From Candidatus Geddesella stercoravicola (GTDB lineage: Bacteria > Bacillota > Clostridia > Oscillospirales > UBA644): a stretch of 46,646 nt of DNA. The stretch lies in NCBI GenBank assembly GCA_904398665.1, contig CAJFPG010000016.1:1-46646 (forward strand), given 5' to 3'. This document shows positions 1 to 10,382 of this stretch, in pieces. Both the position numbers and the translations under genes were made by a program. Below the pieces are notes generated by a model that made no database searches, had not been told where the DNA came from, and saw only the letters and a list, made by a program, of their open reading frames with translations. Every line of letters starts with the position of its first letter. Within the stretch, counting starts at the first letter, position 1.

Positions 1-416
1 CGATGATCGGCAAATCGGTATATATCACGATAGTCGAAGAGAAACGCGTGGATCAGAACGCGACGCTTGTCGCTCAGAGGATTGCCGGCGACCTTGAAAG
101 AAGAATCGCTTTCAGGCGCGCTACCCGTCAGGCTATCGACAGAACGATGAAGGCGGGGGCGAAAGGTATTAAGGTTTCGGTTTCCGGACGTCTTAACGGC
201 GCCGAGATCGCCCGTACCGAGCACTATCATGAGGGAACTATTCCCTTGCAGACCTTGAGAGCGGATATAGACTACGGTTTCGCGGAAGCCGCGACGACTT
301 ACGGCCGTATCGGAGTGAAGGTTTGGATCTATAAAGGTGAGGTTCTCACAGCCGGTAAGAATTTCAGGGCAAGGGAGGAAAAGCGCAATGTTAATGCCAA
401 AAAGAACAAAGTATAG
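1..416 (+). CDS. rpsC: 30S ribosomal protein uS3, C-terminal part (5' end outside window)
   Basis: The frame of ORF 3..416 is open to the left edge. The translation carries the uS3 C-terminal domain ([34 protein letters not shown]). It is followed by rplP, as in S10 operons. Confidence 0.95.
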   Translation, partial: MIGKSVYITIVEEKRVDQNATLVAQRIAGDLERRIAFRRATRQAIDRTMKAGAKGIKVSVSGRLNGAEIARTEHYHEGTIPLQTLRADIDYGFAEAATTYGRIGVKVWIYKGEVLTAGKNFRAREEKRNVNAKKNKV

Positions 417-834
417 ACGTGTGCATCGCGGCCGCATGAAAGGCAAAGCGACTCGCGGAAATAAGATTTCGAGCGGAGATTACGGCCTTGTGGCTCTCGC
501 TCCCGCTTGGATAACTTCCAATCAGATAGAGGCCGCGCGTATCGCGATGACGCGTTATATAAAAAGAGGCGGTAACGTTTGGATAAAGATTTTTCCCGAT
601 AAGCCGGTTACAAAAAAACCCGCCGAGACCAGAATGGGTTCGGGTAAAGGTTCTCCCGAGTATTGGGTAGCCGTCGTGAAGCCGGGCCGCGTTATGTTTG
701 AAATGGCGGGAGTTTCGGAAGAAGTCGCGAGAGAGGCGATGCGTCTCGCGTCTCATAAACTGCCCGTTAAGTGCAAATTTGTTAAGAAATCCGATACTGA
801 CGGCGCCGAGACAAAAGACGGAGGTGAGGCATAA
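388..834 (+). CDS. rplP: 50S ribosomal protein uL16
   Basis: ATG 388 gives the canonical N-terminus [19 protein letters not shown], with AGGGAGG about 10 nt upstream. The longer track ORF from 337 only adds a non-conserved extension overlapping rpsC. Confidence 0.95.
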   Translation: MLMPKRTKYRRVHRGRMKGKATRGNKISSGDYGLVALAPAWITSNQIEAARIAMTRYIKRGGNVWIKIFPDKPVTKKPAETRMGSGKGSPEYWVAVVKPGRVMFEMAGVSEEVAREAMRLASHKLPVKCKFVKKSDTDGAETKDGGEA

Positions 835-1028
835 TGAAAGCAAAAGAAGTAAGAGAAATGTCCGTTACCGAGCTTGAAACTAAGCTTTCGGACCTCAAAA
901 AGGAACTTTTTAATCTTCGTTTTCAGCATGCGACAAATCAGCTCGACAACCCCGTCAGAATAGCGTTTGTCAAGAAAGATATAGCCAGAGTGAAGACGAT
1001 TCTTCGCGAAAAAGAAATCAACGGTTGA
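834..1028 (+). CDS. rpmC: 50S ribosomal protein uL29
   Basis: The 64-aa translation (..[17 protein letters not shown]..) matches uL29. TAATG stop/start overlap with rplP. Confidence 0.96.
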   Translation: MKAKEVREMSVTELETKLSDLKKELFNLRFQHATNQLDNPVRIAFVKKDIARVKTILREKEING

Positions 1029-1047
1029 TCCGGAAGGAGGAAAAACG

Positions 1048-1305
1048 ATGAGTGAAAGAGCTTTGAGAAAGACCAGAGTAGGTCGTGTCGTGTCCGACAA
1101 GATGGATAAAACCATAGTTGTGGCTATATTTGAAAACGTCAGACATCCCGTATATAAAAAGGTTATGAAGCAGACCTATAAATTAAAGGCCCATGACGAG
1201 AATAACCAGTGCGGTATCGGCGATAAGGTTTTGATTATGGAAACCAGACCTCTTTCCAAGGAGAAAAAGTGGCGTTTGGTAGAAATTATCGAAAAAGCGA
1301 AATAA
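1048..1305 (+). CDS. rpsQ: 30S ribosomal protein uS17
   Basis: 85 aa (..[41 protein letters not shown]) with GGAGG upstream. Conserved operon position. Confidence 0.97.
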   Translation: MSERALRKTRVGRVVSDKMDKTIVVAIFENVRHPVYKKVMKQTYKLKAHDENNQCGIGDKVLIMETRPLSKEKKWRLVEIIEKAK

Positions 1306-1319
1306 GGAGAATTTGAGAT

Positions 1320-1688
1320 ATGATTCAACAACAGACTTATCTGCAAGTTGCCGACAATACGGGCGCGAAAGAGATTATGTGTATCCGTGTTTTGGGAGGC
1401 ACCGGCAGAAGATACGCGAACATCGGGGACGTTATTGTCGCCGCTGTTAAAAAGGCGATTCCCGGCGGAGAGGTCAAAAAGGGAGACGTGGTCAAAGCCG
1501 TCGTCGTCCGCAGTGTCAGAGGCCTCAGAAGGGCCGACGGCAGCTATATCCGTTTTGACGAGAACGCCGCCGTTTTGATCAAAGAAGATAAGACTCCGAG
1601 AGGAACCCGTATTTTCGGGCCCGTCGCGAGAGAGCTCAGGGAAAAAGAATATACCAAAATCCTCTCTCTTGCCCCGGAAGTTCTGTAA
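1320..1688 (+). CDS. rplN: 50S ribosomal protein uL14
   Basis: [27 protein letters not shown].. is the canonical uL14 N-terminus; 122 aa. Confidence 0.98.
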   Translation: MIQQQTYLQVADNTGAKEIMCIRVLGGTGRRYANIGDVIVAAVKKAIPGGEVKKGDVVKAVVVRSVRGLRRADGSYIRFDENAAVLIKEDKTPRGTRIFGPVARELREKEYTKILSLAPEVL

Positions 1689-1702
1689 AGGAGGAAGGAC
1701 GA

Positions 1703-2020
1703 ATGAACAAATTGCATATTAAAAAGGGCGATAAAGTAGAAGTTATCTCCGGCGTCAGCAAGGGCAGCCGCGGCAAGGTCCTTGAAGTTTCTCCTTCCGA
1801 CAAGCAAGTTATTATAGAAGGCGTTCATATGGTCACGAAGCACGTTAAGCCCAGAAGCGCCAAACAGCAGGGAGGCATAATCAAGGCGGAGGGCCCGGTC
1901 CTTGCCTGCAAGGTTATGCTCGTTTGCCCCAAGTGTGACAAAAAGACCCGCGTCGGACGCAAAATTCTTGAAGACGGCAAAAAAGTAAGGTACTGCAAGC
2001 ATTGTAAGGAAACGTTTTGA
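1703..2020 (+). CDS. rplX: 50S ribosomal protein uL24, with an unusual C-terminal CxxC..CxxC motif
   Basis: KOW-type N-terminus (HIKKGDKVEVISG..KG..GKV) at the operon position after rplN. Cys75/78/98/101 are discussed in findings. Confidence 0.96.
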   Translation: MNKLHIKKGDKVEVISGVSKGSRGKVLEVSPSDKQVIIEGVHMVTKHVKPRSAKQQGGIIKAEGPVLACKVMLVCPKCDKKTRVGRKILEDGKKVRYCKHCKETF

Positions 2021-2033
2021 GGAGGAGTAGAAA

Positions 2034-2585
2034 ATGTCAACTTTAAGAGATTTATATAAAAATGAAGTCGCTCCTGCCTTGATGAAGAAATTCAATTACA
2101 AAAGTCCTATGCAAATTCCCAAATTTGATAAGATAGTTGTAAACATCGCTTGCGGCGACGCCAAGGAAAATACAAAAGTCATAGAATCGGCGGTAAACGA
2201 TCTTACCGCTATAACCGGTCAGAGAGCCACTGTTTGCAAGGCTCGTAAATCGGTAGCTAACTTCAAATTGCGTAAAGGTATGCCAATAGGCGTGAAAGTG
2301 ACGCTCAGAGGAGAGAGAATGTACGAGTTTATGGACAGACTCTTCAACGTGGCGCTGCCTCGCGTTCGAGATTTCAGGGGCATTAACCCCGACGCTTTCG
2401 ACGGACGCGGAAATTACGCTTTCGGTATCAAAGAGCAGCTTATATTCCCCGAGATCGAGTATGACAAAATTGATAAGATCAGAGGAATGGATATCATGTT
2501 CGTGACGACCGCGGCCCGTGACGAGGAAGCGAGAGAGCTTTTGTCTCTTATGGGCGCGCCGTTCAGCAAGAAGGAGGAAGCGTAA
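2034..2585 (+). CDS. rplE: 50S ribosomal protein uL5
   Basis: 183 aa with uL5 motifs (..[15 protein letters not shown]....KA.KS.A.FKLR.GMPIG.KVTLRG..MYEF.DRL). Confidence 0.98.
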   Translation: MSTLRDLYKNEVAPALMKKFNYKSPMQIPKFDKIVVNIACGDAKENTKVIESAVNDLTAITGQRATVCKARKSVANFKLRKGMPIGVKVTLRGERMYEFMDRLFNVALPRVRDFRGINPDAFDGRGNYAFGIKEQLIFPEIEYDKIDKIRGMDIMFVTTAARDEEARELLSLMGAPFSKKEEA

Positions 2586-2586
2586 A

Positions 2587-2772
2587 ATGGCGAAGAAAGC
2601 TATGATATTGAAGCAGCAGAAGCCCGCCAAGTATTCCACGAGAGCTTACAACAGATGCAAAATATGCGGCCGGCCGCACGCTTATATGAGAAAATTCGGT
2701 ATTTGCCGTATTTGTTTCAGGGAACTCGCTTATAAAGGCGAAATTCCCGGAGTAAAAAAGGCAAGCTGGTAA
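2587..2772 (+). CDS. rpsN: 30S ribosomal protein uS14, short zinc-binding type Z form
   Basis: ATG 2587 gives the 61-aa [60 protein letters not shown], with a CxxC..CxxC motif. The track ORF from 2518 is an out-of-context extension overlapping rplE. Confidence 0.95.
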   Translation: MAKKAMILKQQKPAKYSTRAYNRCKICGRPHAYMRKFGICRICFRELAYKGEIPGVKKASW

Positions 2773-2787
2773 AAGGAGGTTTTCATA

Positions 2788-3186
2788 ATGCATATTACAG
2801 ACCCTATCGCGGATATGCTCACGAGAATTCGCAACGCGAACTCCGCGAAGCATGAGACCGTTGAGATTCCAGCGTCTAACATGAAAAAGGAAATCTCCCG
2901 GATACTGGTAGACGAAGGATATATAAAATCCTACGAGGTTATAGAGGACGGAAAACAGGGAATGATCAAACTTTCTCTGAAATACGGCCCGAATAAGGCG
3001 AAGGTTCTTCAAGGTCTTGAAAGAATATCAAAACCCGGACTTCGCGTATATGTGAGCTGCGAGGAAATGCCCAAAGTAATGAGAGGGCTGGGAATCGCGA
3101 TCGTATCTACCTCAAAGGGAATAATGACCGACAAGGCCGCCAGAAAAGCCAAGGTCGGCGGCGAAGTCCTTGCCTTTATTTGGTAA
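2788..3186 (+). CDS. rpsH: 30S ribosomal protein uS8
   Basis: ..[14 protein letters not shown].. signature; 132 aa; GGAGG upstream. Confidence 0.98.
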   Translation: MHITDPIADMLTRIRNANSAKHETVEIPASNMKKEISRILVDEGYIKSYEVIEDGKQGMIKLSLKYGPNKAKVLQGLERISKPGLRVYVSCEEMPKVMRGLGIAIVSTSKGIMTDKAARKAKVGGEVLAFIW

Positions 3187-3216
3187 GGAACGGCAACTTA
3201 TTTGGAGGTAAATCAA

Positions 3217-3759
3217 ATGTCAAGAATTGGTAGAAAACCTATAAATATACCCGCCGGTGTGACAGTCACATTGGCGTCAGACAATCAGATTACTGTCAAG
3301 GGTCCGAAAGGAGAACTTAAAAAAACTTTTCACCCCGACATGATAATCAAGGTTGAAAATGACGTTATCAGCGTCGAACGTCCGTCGGATGATAAGAAAC
3401 ACAGATCATTGCACGGCTTGACAAGAACTTTGATATACAATATGATCGAAGGCGTTACCCAAGGCTATTCGAAATCTCTTGAAGTTCAGGGTATCGGTTA
3501 TAAAGTGCAAAAACAGGGAAACAAGGCCGTTTTCAATATCGGTTTTTCTCACCCTGTCGAAGTCGAAGAGATCGACGGTATTAAAATAGACGTTACCGGA
3601 CCTACTACGCTTGTCGTGTCGGGTATCGACAAACAGGCTGTCGGTCAGTTCGCGGCGGAAATCCGCGGCAAAAAACCGCCTGAACCGTATCACGGCAAAG
3701 GTATTCGCTACGTCGGCGAGTATGTAAGAATGAAGGAAGGCAAGGCCGGCAAGAAATAA
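3217..3759 (+). CDS. rplF: 50S ribosomal protein uL6
   Basis: ATG 3217 ([14 protein letters not shown]) lies 7 nt after GGAGGT. The track start at 3202 is a TTG sitting inside the RBS. Confidence 0.96.
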   Translation: MSRIGRKPINIPAGVTVTLASDNQITVKGPKGELKKTFHPDMIIKVENDVISVERPSDDKKHRSLHGLTRTLIYNMIEGVTQGYSKSLEVQGIGYKVQKQGNKAVFNIGFSHPVEVEEIDGIKIDVTGPTTLVVSGIDKQAVGQFAAEIRGKKPPEPYHGKGIRYVGEYVRMKEGKAGKK

Positions 3760-3780
3760 GCCGAAGGAGGGTAACAAATA

Positions 3781-4143
3781 ATGATTTCCAGAAAAGACTC
3801 AAATATTCTCCGCGCAAAACGTCATAAACGCGTTCGCGGAAAAATTTCGGGAACAGCAACTTGTCCCCGTTTAAACGTATACAGATCGCTGAAAAACATT
3901 TACGCGCAGATTATCGATGATAAAGCGGGCGTAACTCTCGCGGCTCTTTCCACTGCCAGCAAACAATATGAGGGTGTCTACGGCGGAAACGCCGCGGCGG
4001 CTAAGCAGGTCGGGATAGATATCGCCAAGATGGCTCTCGAAAAAGGGATCACCGAAGTCGTTTTTGACAGAGGCGGTTACATTTATCACGGAAGAGTTCA
4101 GGCTCTGGCGGAAGGCGCGAGAGAGGGCGGACTTAAATTCTAA
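3781..4143 (+). CDS. rplR: 50S ribosomal protein uL18
   Basis: 120 aa with ..[12 protein letters not shown]...[19 protein letters not shown].. and the C-terminal FDRGGY.YHGRV.ALA..ARE.GL.F. Confidence 0.98.
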   Translation: MISRKDSNILRAKRHKRVRGKISGTATCPRLNVYRSLKNIYAQIIDDKAGVTLAALSTASKQYEGVYGGNAAAAKQVGIDIAKMALEKGITEVVFDRGGYIYHGRVQALAEGAREGGLKF

Positions 4144-4164
4144 GTCGAAGGAGGATTTTATACT

Positions 4165-4668
4165 ATGTACGATAAAATTGACGCGTCTACTTTATCATTG
4201 ACCGAAAAGATGGTATCTCTCGAACGTGTCTCAAAAACCGTCAAAGGCGGAAGAAAAATGAAGTTTTCCGCTCTTATGGTAGTCGGTAACGGAGACGGGA
4301 TTGTCGGTGTCGGTATCGGCAAATCAGTCGAGGTTCCGGACGCGATAAACAAAGGAATAGAGGACGCCAAGAAAAATCTCGTGAGAGTTACACTCAAAGG
4401 AACTACTATTCCTCACGAAGTGGTTTCCGAATACGGGGCAAGTCTCGTTATTTTGAAACCCGCCGCCGAAGGTACCGGAGTTATCGCGGGGGGCGCGGTC
4501 AGAGACGTGCTTGAAATGGCGGGAATTAAAGATATAAGAACAAAAGCGCTTCGCTCCCGTAATCCGAAAAATCTTGTGAAGGCGACGCTCAAAGGTCTTA
4601 CGAGTCTCAGGGACGCTAAACAAGTCGCGGAGACCAGAGGTAAAACGATTAAGGAAATTTTAGGTTAA
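4165..4668 (+). CDS. rpsE: 30S ribosomal protein uS5
   Basis: 167 aa; ..V.RV.K.VKGGR...F.ALVVVG.G.G.VG.G.GK. signature. Confidence 0.98.
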   Translation: MYDKIDASTLSLTEKMVSLERVSKTVKGGRKMKFSALMVVGNGDGIVGVGIGKSVEVPDAINKGIEDAKKNLVRVTLKGTTIPHEVVSEYGASLVILKPAAEGTGVIAGGAVRDVLEMAGIKDIRTKALRSRNPKNLVKATLKGLTSLRDAKQVAETRGKTIKEILG

Positions 4669-4681
4669 GGAGGGTATTTAC

Positions 4682-4879
4682 ATGTCAGCGAAGAAAACAG
4701 CGGGTAGTACTCTTAAAATCACTTTGACAAAAAGCCTTATAGGAAGAAATAAGGGTCATGTCGCGACGGCGAATTCCCTCGGACTCCGTAAAATAGGACA
4801 GACCGTCGAGCAGCCGAAAAACGATGCTACCATCGGAAAAATCAATAAAATCAGTTATTTAGTGTCAGTAGAAGAATAA
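4682..4879 (+). CDS. rpmD: 50S ribosomal protein uL30
   Basis: 65 aa; ..LKITL.KS.IGR....ATA..LGLRKI...VE... pattern; operon position. Confidence 0.95.
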   Translation: MSAKKTAGSTLKITLTKSLIGRNKGHVATANSLGLRKIGQTVEQPKNDATIGKINKISYLVSVEE

Positions 4880-4894
4880 GAAGGAGGTGTCTGT

Positions 4895-5338
4895 ATGAAA
4901 TTATATGATCTTACCCCCGCTGAGGGTTCCGTAAGAGACCCTAAAAGAAAGGGCAGAGGCGCCGGCACCGGAAACGGGAAGACCGCCGGCAAGGGACATA
5001 AAGGTCAGAAAGCGCGTTCCGGAGGCGGCGTAAGACCCGGCTTTGAAGGCGGACAGATGCCTTTGCAAAGAAGAATGCCCAAAAGAGGATTTTGCAATAT
5101 GGCGTTCGCGAAAAACTATCAGATTGTGAATCTGTGCGATCTGGGGGCTTTTGAGGACGGCAGCGTGGTTACCGCTAAGGAGCTTTTCGAAAAAGGACTT
5201 ATTCGCAAAGAAAGTGAACCTGTAAAGATTCTCGGTTTGGGAGAAATTACAAATAAAATTACGGTTAAAGCCGATAAATTTTCTAAATCCGCTTCCGAGA
5301 AGATCGAGGCGGCGGGCGGAAAAGCCGAGGTGAAGTAA
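4895..5338 (+). CDS. rplO: 50S ribosomal protein uL15
   Basis: 147 aa; Gly/Lys/Arg-rich N-terminus (..[43 protein letters not shown]). Confidence 0.98.
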   Translation: MKLYDLTPAEGSVRDPKRKGRGAGTGNGKTAGKGHKGQKARSGGGVRPGFEGGQMPLQRRMPKRGFCNMAFAKNYQIVNLCDLGAFEDGSVVTAKELFEKGLIRKESEPVKILGLGEITNKITVKADKFSKSASEKIEAAGGKAEVK

Positions 5339-5339
5339 T

Positions 5340-6644
5340 ATGGCATTGCTTTCAACTTTCAGAAACGCTTGGAAAATTGAGGATCTCAGAAAGAAAATAA
5401 TTTATACCCTGTTTATAATTTTGCTTTTCAGAATAGGCGCTTGTCTTCCCGTTCCGTTTATAAGCGGAGCCGCTCTTGAATCGTTTTTCAGCGCCAGCGG
5501 CGCGGGAGCGGGTTTCGGAGAAAGCATTTTAGGATATTTCAATATGCTTTCCGGTAACGCTTTACAGTCCGGAACTGTATTCGCGCTAACTATTCAGCCG
5601 TACATCAACGCGAGCATTATTATTCAGCTTCTTACTTTTGCCATCCCGGCGCTCGAAAGATTGCAAAAGGACGGCGGCGAAGAGGGAAAGAGAAAACTTA
5701 CCCAAGCGACACGTTGGACGACGGTCGCAATCGCTATAATTCAAGCTGTTGGATATTATGTGACTCTCAATTCTTACAATATCCTTGATCTTGCCGAGGG
5801 ATACGGCGTTTTCCAGATGTTTGTCATTATCGCCGTTCTTGTCGCGGGTTCTTGTCTTGTTATGTGGCTCGGAGAGTGCATTAACGAAAAAGGTATCGGA
5901 AACGGTATTTCTATAATCCTTTTCGCCGGTATCATTTCGAGAGGAACCGACCTTATCATGTATATGATAAATGAGGTTATGCAGGGACGCTGGTATATGT
6001 TGATTGTCGTTTTGGTTCTCGGACTTGCGATTCTCGGTTTCATCGTCTTTATGGACAGCTCCGAGAGACGTATTCCGATCCAGTACGCGAAAAGACAGGT
6101 GGGAAGAAAGCTTTACGGGGGGCAAAGCACACACCTTCCGATAAAGGTCGCGATGTCGGGCGTTATGCCGATAATCTTCACTTTCGCGATAGTTTCTCTT
6201 CCCGCGACAATAGCTCTTTTCGTTCCGAATTCCGGTTATTCGAATTGGATTCAGAATCATTTTTCCTCGACGACCCCGTTATATATGATTCTTGTGTTTG
6301 TGCTTATAATCGCTTTCAACTATTTTTATATTTCGATACAGTATAATACTGTCGAGATAGCGAATAACATAAAAAATAACGGCGGTACTATTCCCGGAAT
6401 AAGACCCGGAAAACCGACGAGCGATTTTATTCATAAAGTAGTGAACAGAGTGACGCTTTTCGGGGCTTTGTTCCTCGGCGTTATCGCTCTTCTTCCTTAT
6501 ATATTCCAGCTGATATTCCCGAACAGCGCCGGGCTCGCTATCGGAGGAACCTCGGTAATGATTCTTGTCAGCGTAGCTCTTGAAACGTCTCAGCAGCTCG
6601 AGAGCCAGATGATGATGAGAAATTATAAGGGATTTCTTGAATAA
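5340..6644 (+). CDS. secY: Preprotein translocase subunit SecY
   Basis: 434-aa polytopic membrane protein with SecY motifs (..LGI.PYI.ASII.QLL.., ..GGTSV.I.V.VA..T..Q.E..). Located between rplO and adk. Confidence 0.98.
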   Translation: MALLSTFRNAWKIEDLRKKIIYTLFIILLFRIGACLPVPFISGAALESFFSASGAGAGFGESILGYFNMLSGNALQSGTVFALTIQPYINASIIIQLLTFAIPALERLQKDGGEEGKRKLTQATRWTTVAIAIIQAVGYYVTLNSYNILDLAEGYGVFQMFVIIAVLVAGSCLVMWLGECINEKGIGNGISIILFAGIISRGTDLIMYMINEVMQGRWYMLIVVLVLGLAILGFIVFMDSSERRIPIQYAKRQVGRKLYGGQSTHLPIKVAMSGVMPIIFTFAIVSLPATIALFVPNSGYSNWIQNHFSSTTPLYMILVFVLIIAFNYFYISIQYNTVEIANNIKNNGGTIPGIRPGKPTSDFIHKVVNRVTLFGALFLGVIALLPYIFQLIFPNSAGLAIGGTSVMILVSVALETSQQLESQMMMRNYKGFLE

Positions 6645-6674
6645 AAAATCGTCTTCGGACAAAGGAGGAAAACA

Positions 6675-7328
6675 ATGCTCAGATTGATATTGTTGGGAGC
6701 TCCCGGAGCGGGAAAGGGAACTCAGGCTGATATTATTTCTAAAAATTACGGCATTCCGCAGATCTCAACCGGAGTTATTCTCCGCGAGGAGATAGCGAAA
6801 GGCTCTGAACTCGGAAACCGTGTGAAGAGTATAATAGAAGCCGGAAATCTCGTTCCCGACGAAGACGTTGTCGCGATAGTAAGGGAACGTCTCAAAAATG
6901 ACGACTGCAAAAACGGTTATATCCTCGACGGCTTTCCTCGCACTATTCCCCAGGCGGAGGCTTTGGATAAAATGCTGTCCGAACTCGGAAGTAAGATTGA
7001 CGCCGTGATTTCGATAGAAGTCGACGACGAGGATATTATCAAGAGAATGTCCGGCAGACGAGTCTGCAAAAAGTGCGGAGCGTCTTATCACGTCGAATAT
7101 AATCCGTCTCCCGCCGACGAGAATTGCGGGAATTGCGGAGAAACTTTGACTATCCGCGAGGACGACGACCCCGCCGTGGTCGCCGACAGACTTAAAGTCT
7201 ATCATGAGAAAACGGCGCCTTTGAAAGAGTTTTATAAAAATCAGGGAAAACTAAGAGTTGTTCAAGGTTGCGAAAAACTCGAAGATACAACCTCTAACGT
7301 TAATAAAGCTCTCAGAGAGGCTCTTTGA
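6675..7328 (+). CDS. adk: Adenylate kinase with a Cys4 zinc-lid
   Basis: P-loop LLGAPGAGKGTQA plus a lid segment CKKCGASYH..CGNCGETL. Confidence 0.98.
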   Translation: MLRLILLGAPGAGKGTQADIISKNYGIPQISTGVILREEIAKGSELGNRVKSIIEAGNLVPDEDVVAIVRERLKNDDCKNGYILDGFPRTIPQAEALDKMLSELGSKIDAVISIEVDDEDIIKRMSGRRVCKKCGASYHVEYNPSPADENCGNCGETLTIREDDDPAVVADRLKVYHEKTAPLKEFYKNQGKLRVVQGCEKLEDTTSNVNKALREAL

Positions 7329-8077
7329 TGATAACAATAAAGACCGATCACGAAATTTCTAAAATGAGAGACGCCGGGAAAATCGCGGCGGAAGTACTTC
7401 AATTAGGCGGAAGTCTTGTGAAACCCGGTGTTTCCACAAAAGAAATCGACGATCAGATATACAAATTTATTAAGAAACATAACGCCGTCCCCTCATTTTT
7501 AAACTATTACGGATATCCCGCTTCGGCCTGCATATCGATAAACGAAGAGGTTATACACGGGATTCCGTCGGGGAAACGCGTTATAGCCGATGGAGATATT
7601 GTGAGTATTGATGTCGGTGTTCTTTTGAACGGCTATCATGCCGATACCGCCCGAACTTTCGGCGCGGGAACTATCTCAGAGGAAGCGAAAAAGCTTATCG
7701 AGGTCACAAAAGAGTGTTTTTGGAAAGGGATTGCTTTCGCTGTCCCGGGGAAAAGACTCGGGGATCTCGGCCACGCTATCGAGAGCCACGCTCACGCGAA
7801 TGGGTTTTCGGTGGTGGAGGATTTTGTGGGGCATGGTGTAGGAACACATTTACATGAGGATCCGGATGTCCCGAATTACGGAAGAGCGGGGAAAGGCCCG
7901 CGGTTCGAGAAAAATATGACTATCGCCGTCGAACCGATGATAAATCAGGGAGTTCCCGACGTTCTTCAATTAAAAGACGGATGGACCGTTGTAACTAAGG
8001 ACGGCAAACTCTCGGCTCATTACGAGAATACGATCGCTGTCACCGACGGGGAGCCGTTAATACTCACATCTCTATGA
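7328..8077 (+). CDS. map: Type I methionine aminopeptidase
   Basis: ATG 7328 overlaps the adk stop (TGATG); the track start at 7325 is a TTG one codon upstream. Metal-ligand motifs are present (D..VSIDVG....GYH.D...T; F.GHG.G...HE.P; EPM). Confidence 0.96.
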   Translation: MITIKTDHEISKMRDAGKIAAEVLQLGGSLVKPGVSTKEIDDQIYKFIKKHNAVPSFLNYYGYPASACISINEEVIHGIPSGKRVIADGDIVSIDVGVLLNGYHADTARTFGAGTISEEAKKLIEVTKECFWKGIAFAVPGKRLGDLGHAIESHAHANGFSVVEDFVGHGVGTHLHEDPDVPNYGRAGKGPRFEKNMTIAVEPMINQGVPDVLQLKDGWTVVTKDGKLSAHYENTIAVTDGEPLILTSL

Positions 8078-8166
8078 TGCGGGAAAGATCTGCGGGCGAA
8101 CCGCGGATCGCGAAAAAATTTTCCGCAAAGCGCGCCGTTTCGGCGAAAACAGGAGGTTAACTGAAT

Positions 8167-8448
8167 ATGGATGAAGTCGACAGGGGCAGTATAGTCTTGT
8201 CTCTTTCGGGCCACGATAAAGCGAATTTCTTTTTTGTCGTGGGGTTTGAAGAGGAAAATTATCTACTTTTGGCGGACGGAAAATTCAGACCGATTGATCA
8301 TCCCAAGAAAAAAAAGAAAAAGCATTGCAAACTCATAAAAAAGATAGGAAACGAGCGGATAGCCGATAAGCTGGCGTCCGGGGAGAGAGTGAGCGACGCT
8401 GATTTGAGAAAAGCATTAAAATTGTTCTTGAAAGAGGAGGTTATTTAG
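8167..8448 (+). CDS. Small KOW-domain RNA-binding protein, the conserved Clostridia-type gene between map and infA
   Basis: 93 aa; N-terminal GSIV.S..G.DK...FVV pattern; GGAGG upstream; contains a K6 run encoded by an A-rich tract. Confidence 0.75.
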   Translation: MDEVDRGSIVLSLSGHDKANFFFVVGFEEENYLLLADGKFRPIDHPKKKKKKHCKLIKKIGNERIADKLASGERVSDADLRKALKLFLKEEVI

Positions 8449-8449
8449 T

Positions 8450-8680
8450 TTGGCAAAAGACGGATTGATAGAATTCGAAGGAACCGTTGTCGATGTCCTT
8501 CCGAAAACGACTTTTACGGTCGAGCTTTCGAACGGGCATAAGATTACGGCGTATATCTCGGGAAAACTCAGAGTCAATAATATAAGGATTCTTCTCGGAG
8601 ACAGAGTTACGGTCGAGATGTCGCCAAACGATCTTTCTCAGGGCAGAATAATCTGGCGAGGGAAAAAATCCAACGCCTGA
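8450..8680 (+). CDS. infA: Translation initiation factor IF-1 (TTG start)
   Basis: (M)[12 protein letters not shown]...LP...F.VEL.NGH...A.ISGK.R.N.IRIL.GD.V.VE.SP.DL..GRI..R matches IF-1. The TTG at 8450 lies 9 nt after GAGGAGG, and there is no in-frame ATG nearby. Confidence 0.95.
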   Translation: MAKDGLIEFEGTVVDVLPKTTFTVELSNGHKITAYISGKLRVNNIRILLGDRVTVEMSPNDLSQGRIIWRGKKSNA

Positions 8681-8724
8681 ATCTCGTATCTTATAAGGGA
8701 CGAAAGTCCAAAGGAGGTATTATT

Positions 8725-8838
8725 ATGAAGGTGCGTCCTTCTGTAAAACCCATGTGCGATAAGTGCAAAGTCATCAAACGCAAAGGTAAAGTTATGGTAA
8801 TTTGTAAAGACCCGAAACATAAGCAGAAACAGGGTTAA
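8725..8838 (+). CDS. rpmJ: 50S ribosomal protein bL36 (Cys-containing C+ form); absent from the supplied ORF track
   Basis: My translation of 8725..8838 is [37 protein letters not shown], with AAGGAGG 7 nt upstream. Located between infA and rpsM. Confidence 0.97.
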   Translation: MKVRPSVKPMCDKCKVIKRKGKVMVICKDPKHKQKQG

Positions 8839-8861
8839 AAGACGGAGGTGTATTTAAAAAT

Positions 8862-9230
8862 ATGGCAAGAATAGCCGGTGTGGATTTGCCCAATAACAAG
8901 AGAGTGGAATACGCTCTTACTTATATCTACGGAATAGGCGTAAGTAAGTCCAACGAAATACTTGCGGCGACAGGTATAAATCCGGACACGAGAGCGAAAG
9001 ATCTTAACGACGAGGAAGTCGCTAAACTTCGTGAATATATAGATAAAAACCTTACCGTTGAGGGAGATCTCAGAAGAGACGTCGCTCTTAACATTAAAAG
9101 ACTTGTCGAGATCGGATGTTACAGGGGAGTTCGTCATAGAAAGGGTCTGCCGGTGAGAGGGCAGAGAACCAAGACGAACGCGAGAACCCGCAAGGGTCCG
9201 ACGAAGACCGTCGCGAATAAGAAGAAATAA
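8862..9230 (+). CDS. rpsM: 30S ribosomal protein uS13
   Basis: [22 protein letters not shown]... Confidence 0.98.
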   Translation: MARIAGVDLPNNKRVEYALTYIYGIGVSKSNEILAATGINPDTRAKDLNDEEVAKLREYIDKNLTVEGDLRRDVALNIKRLVEIGCYRGVRHRKGLPVRGQRTKTNARTRKGPTKTVANKKK

Positions 9231-9246
9231 GGAGGATAGATACTAA

Positions 9247-9645
9247 ATGGCTAAAGTTGTTAAAAAGACTGCTGTCAAAAGACGCAGAGACAAAAAAAAC
9301 ATTGACAGAGGCGCGGCTCATATCTGTTCTTCTTTCAATAACACGATCGTTACCATTACTGACGTGAACGGAAACGCTATCTCTTGGGCTTCGGCCGGAG
9401 GTCTTGGTTTCAAGGGCTCCAAAAAATCCACTCCTTTCGCGGCTCAGATGGCGGCGGAGACAGCGGCGAAGGCCGCCATGGAACATGGAATGAAGACTGT
9501 CGAGGTCTTTGTTAAAGGTCCCGGAACCGGAAGGGAAGCGGCAATCCGCGCTTTGCAGACTGCCGGACTTGACGTGACGATGATAAAAGACGTCACTCCC
9601 ATTCCTCATAACGGATGCCGTCCGCCGAAGAGACGCAGAGTGTAA
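9247..9645 (+). CDS. rpsK: 30S ribosomal protein uS11
   Basis: ..[37 protein letters not shown].. Confidence 0.98.
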   Translation: MAKVVKKTAVKRRRDKKNIDRGAAHICSSFNNTIVTITDVNGNAISWASAGGLGFKGSKKSTPFAAQMAAETAAKAAMEHGMKTVEVFVKGPGTGREAAIRALQTAGLDVTMIKDVTPIPHNGCRPPKRRRV

Positions 9646-9662
9646 GGAGGTAAAAAAGATAT

Positions 9663-10295
9663 ATGGCCAGATATACCGGCGCGGTCTGCAAGCTTTGCAG
9701 ACGCGAACATCAGAAGTTATTCCTTAAAGGAGATAAATGCTATTCCGAAAAATGCCCTATTTCTCAAAACAGAGGCGTTCCGGGGCAGCACGGCGCCCGC
9801 CGTCATAAGCTTACCGAATATGGTATTCAGCTTCGTGAAAAACAGAAAGCAAAGAGATTTTACGGGGTCCTTGAAAAGCAGTTTGAGCATTATTATGAGA
9901 TGGCGAGCAAAAAAGCCGGGGTTACCGGTGACAATCTTATGCAGATACTTGAAACGCGTCTTGACAATGTCGTTTATCGTCTTGGTTTCGCGGTTTCCCG
10001 CGCGGAAGCCAGACAGCTCGTCCGTCACGGGCATTTTACCGTAAACGGGGCGAAAGTCGATATTCCTTCTTATCTTGTGAAAGAGGGAGACGTTATAACG
10101 CTTAAAGACAGAAGCAGAGATTCCGCCAAGATAAAGGCTGTTCTTGAAGCCACAGAGTCAAAGCCTCTTCCGAAGTGGCTTGATTTTGACAGAGCCAACA
10201 ACAATTATGTCGGCAAAGTGACAGCTCTTCCGACGATAGAAGATATAGATCTTCCCGTCGAGGTTCACCTTATTGTTGAGTTTTACTCCAAATAA
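9663..10295 (+). CDS. rpsD: 30S ribosomal protein uS4 with an N-terminal Cys4 motif
   Basis: [27 protein letters not shown].. and the S4 RNA-binding domain ([26 protein letters not shown]). Confidence 0.98.
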   Translation: MARYTGAVCKLCRREHQKLFLKGDKCYSEKCPISQNRGVPGQHGARRHKLTEYGIQLREKQKAKRFYGVLEKQFEHYYEMASKKAGVTGDNLMQILETRLDNVVYRLGFAVSRAEARQLVRHGHFTVNGAKVDIPSYLVKEGDVITLKDRSRDSAKIKAVLEATESKPLPKWLDFDRANNNYVGKVTALPTIEDIDLPVEVHLIVEFYSK

Positions 10296-10382
10296 CGGTT
10301 TTTGTTGTTTGGAATCGGTATATTTTTAAAAATACCGTTATTGACAAACCGATGACACGGTCATCGAGAAAGGGTGCGTTTT

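Noticed and set aside
10291-10342. Hairpins in the rpsD-rpoA spacer (AATAACGGT...ACCGTTATT; CGGTAT..ATACCG; GATGAC-ACG-GTCATC) as an attenuator or internal promoter (TTGACA at 10341).
   Set aside because: The stems are AT-rich and short, no U-tract follows, and no acceptable -10 lies 17 nt after the TTGACA. This may be an mRNA processing or stability element, but I cannot support a specific call.
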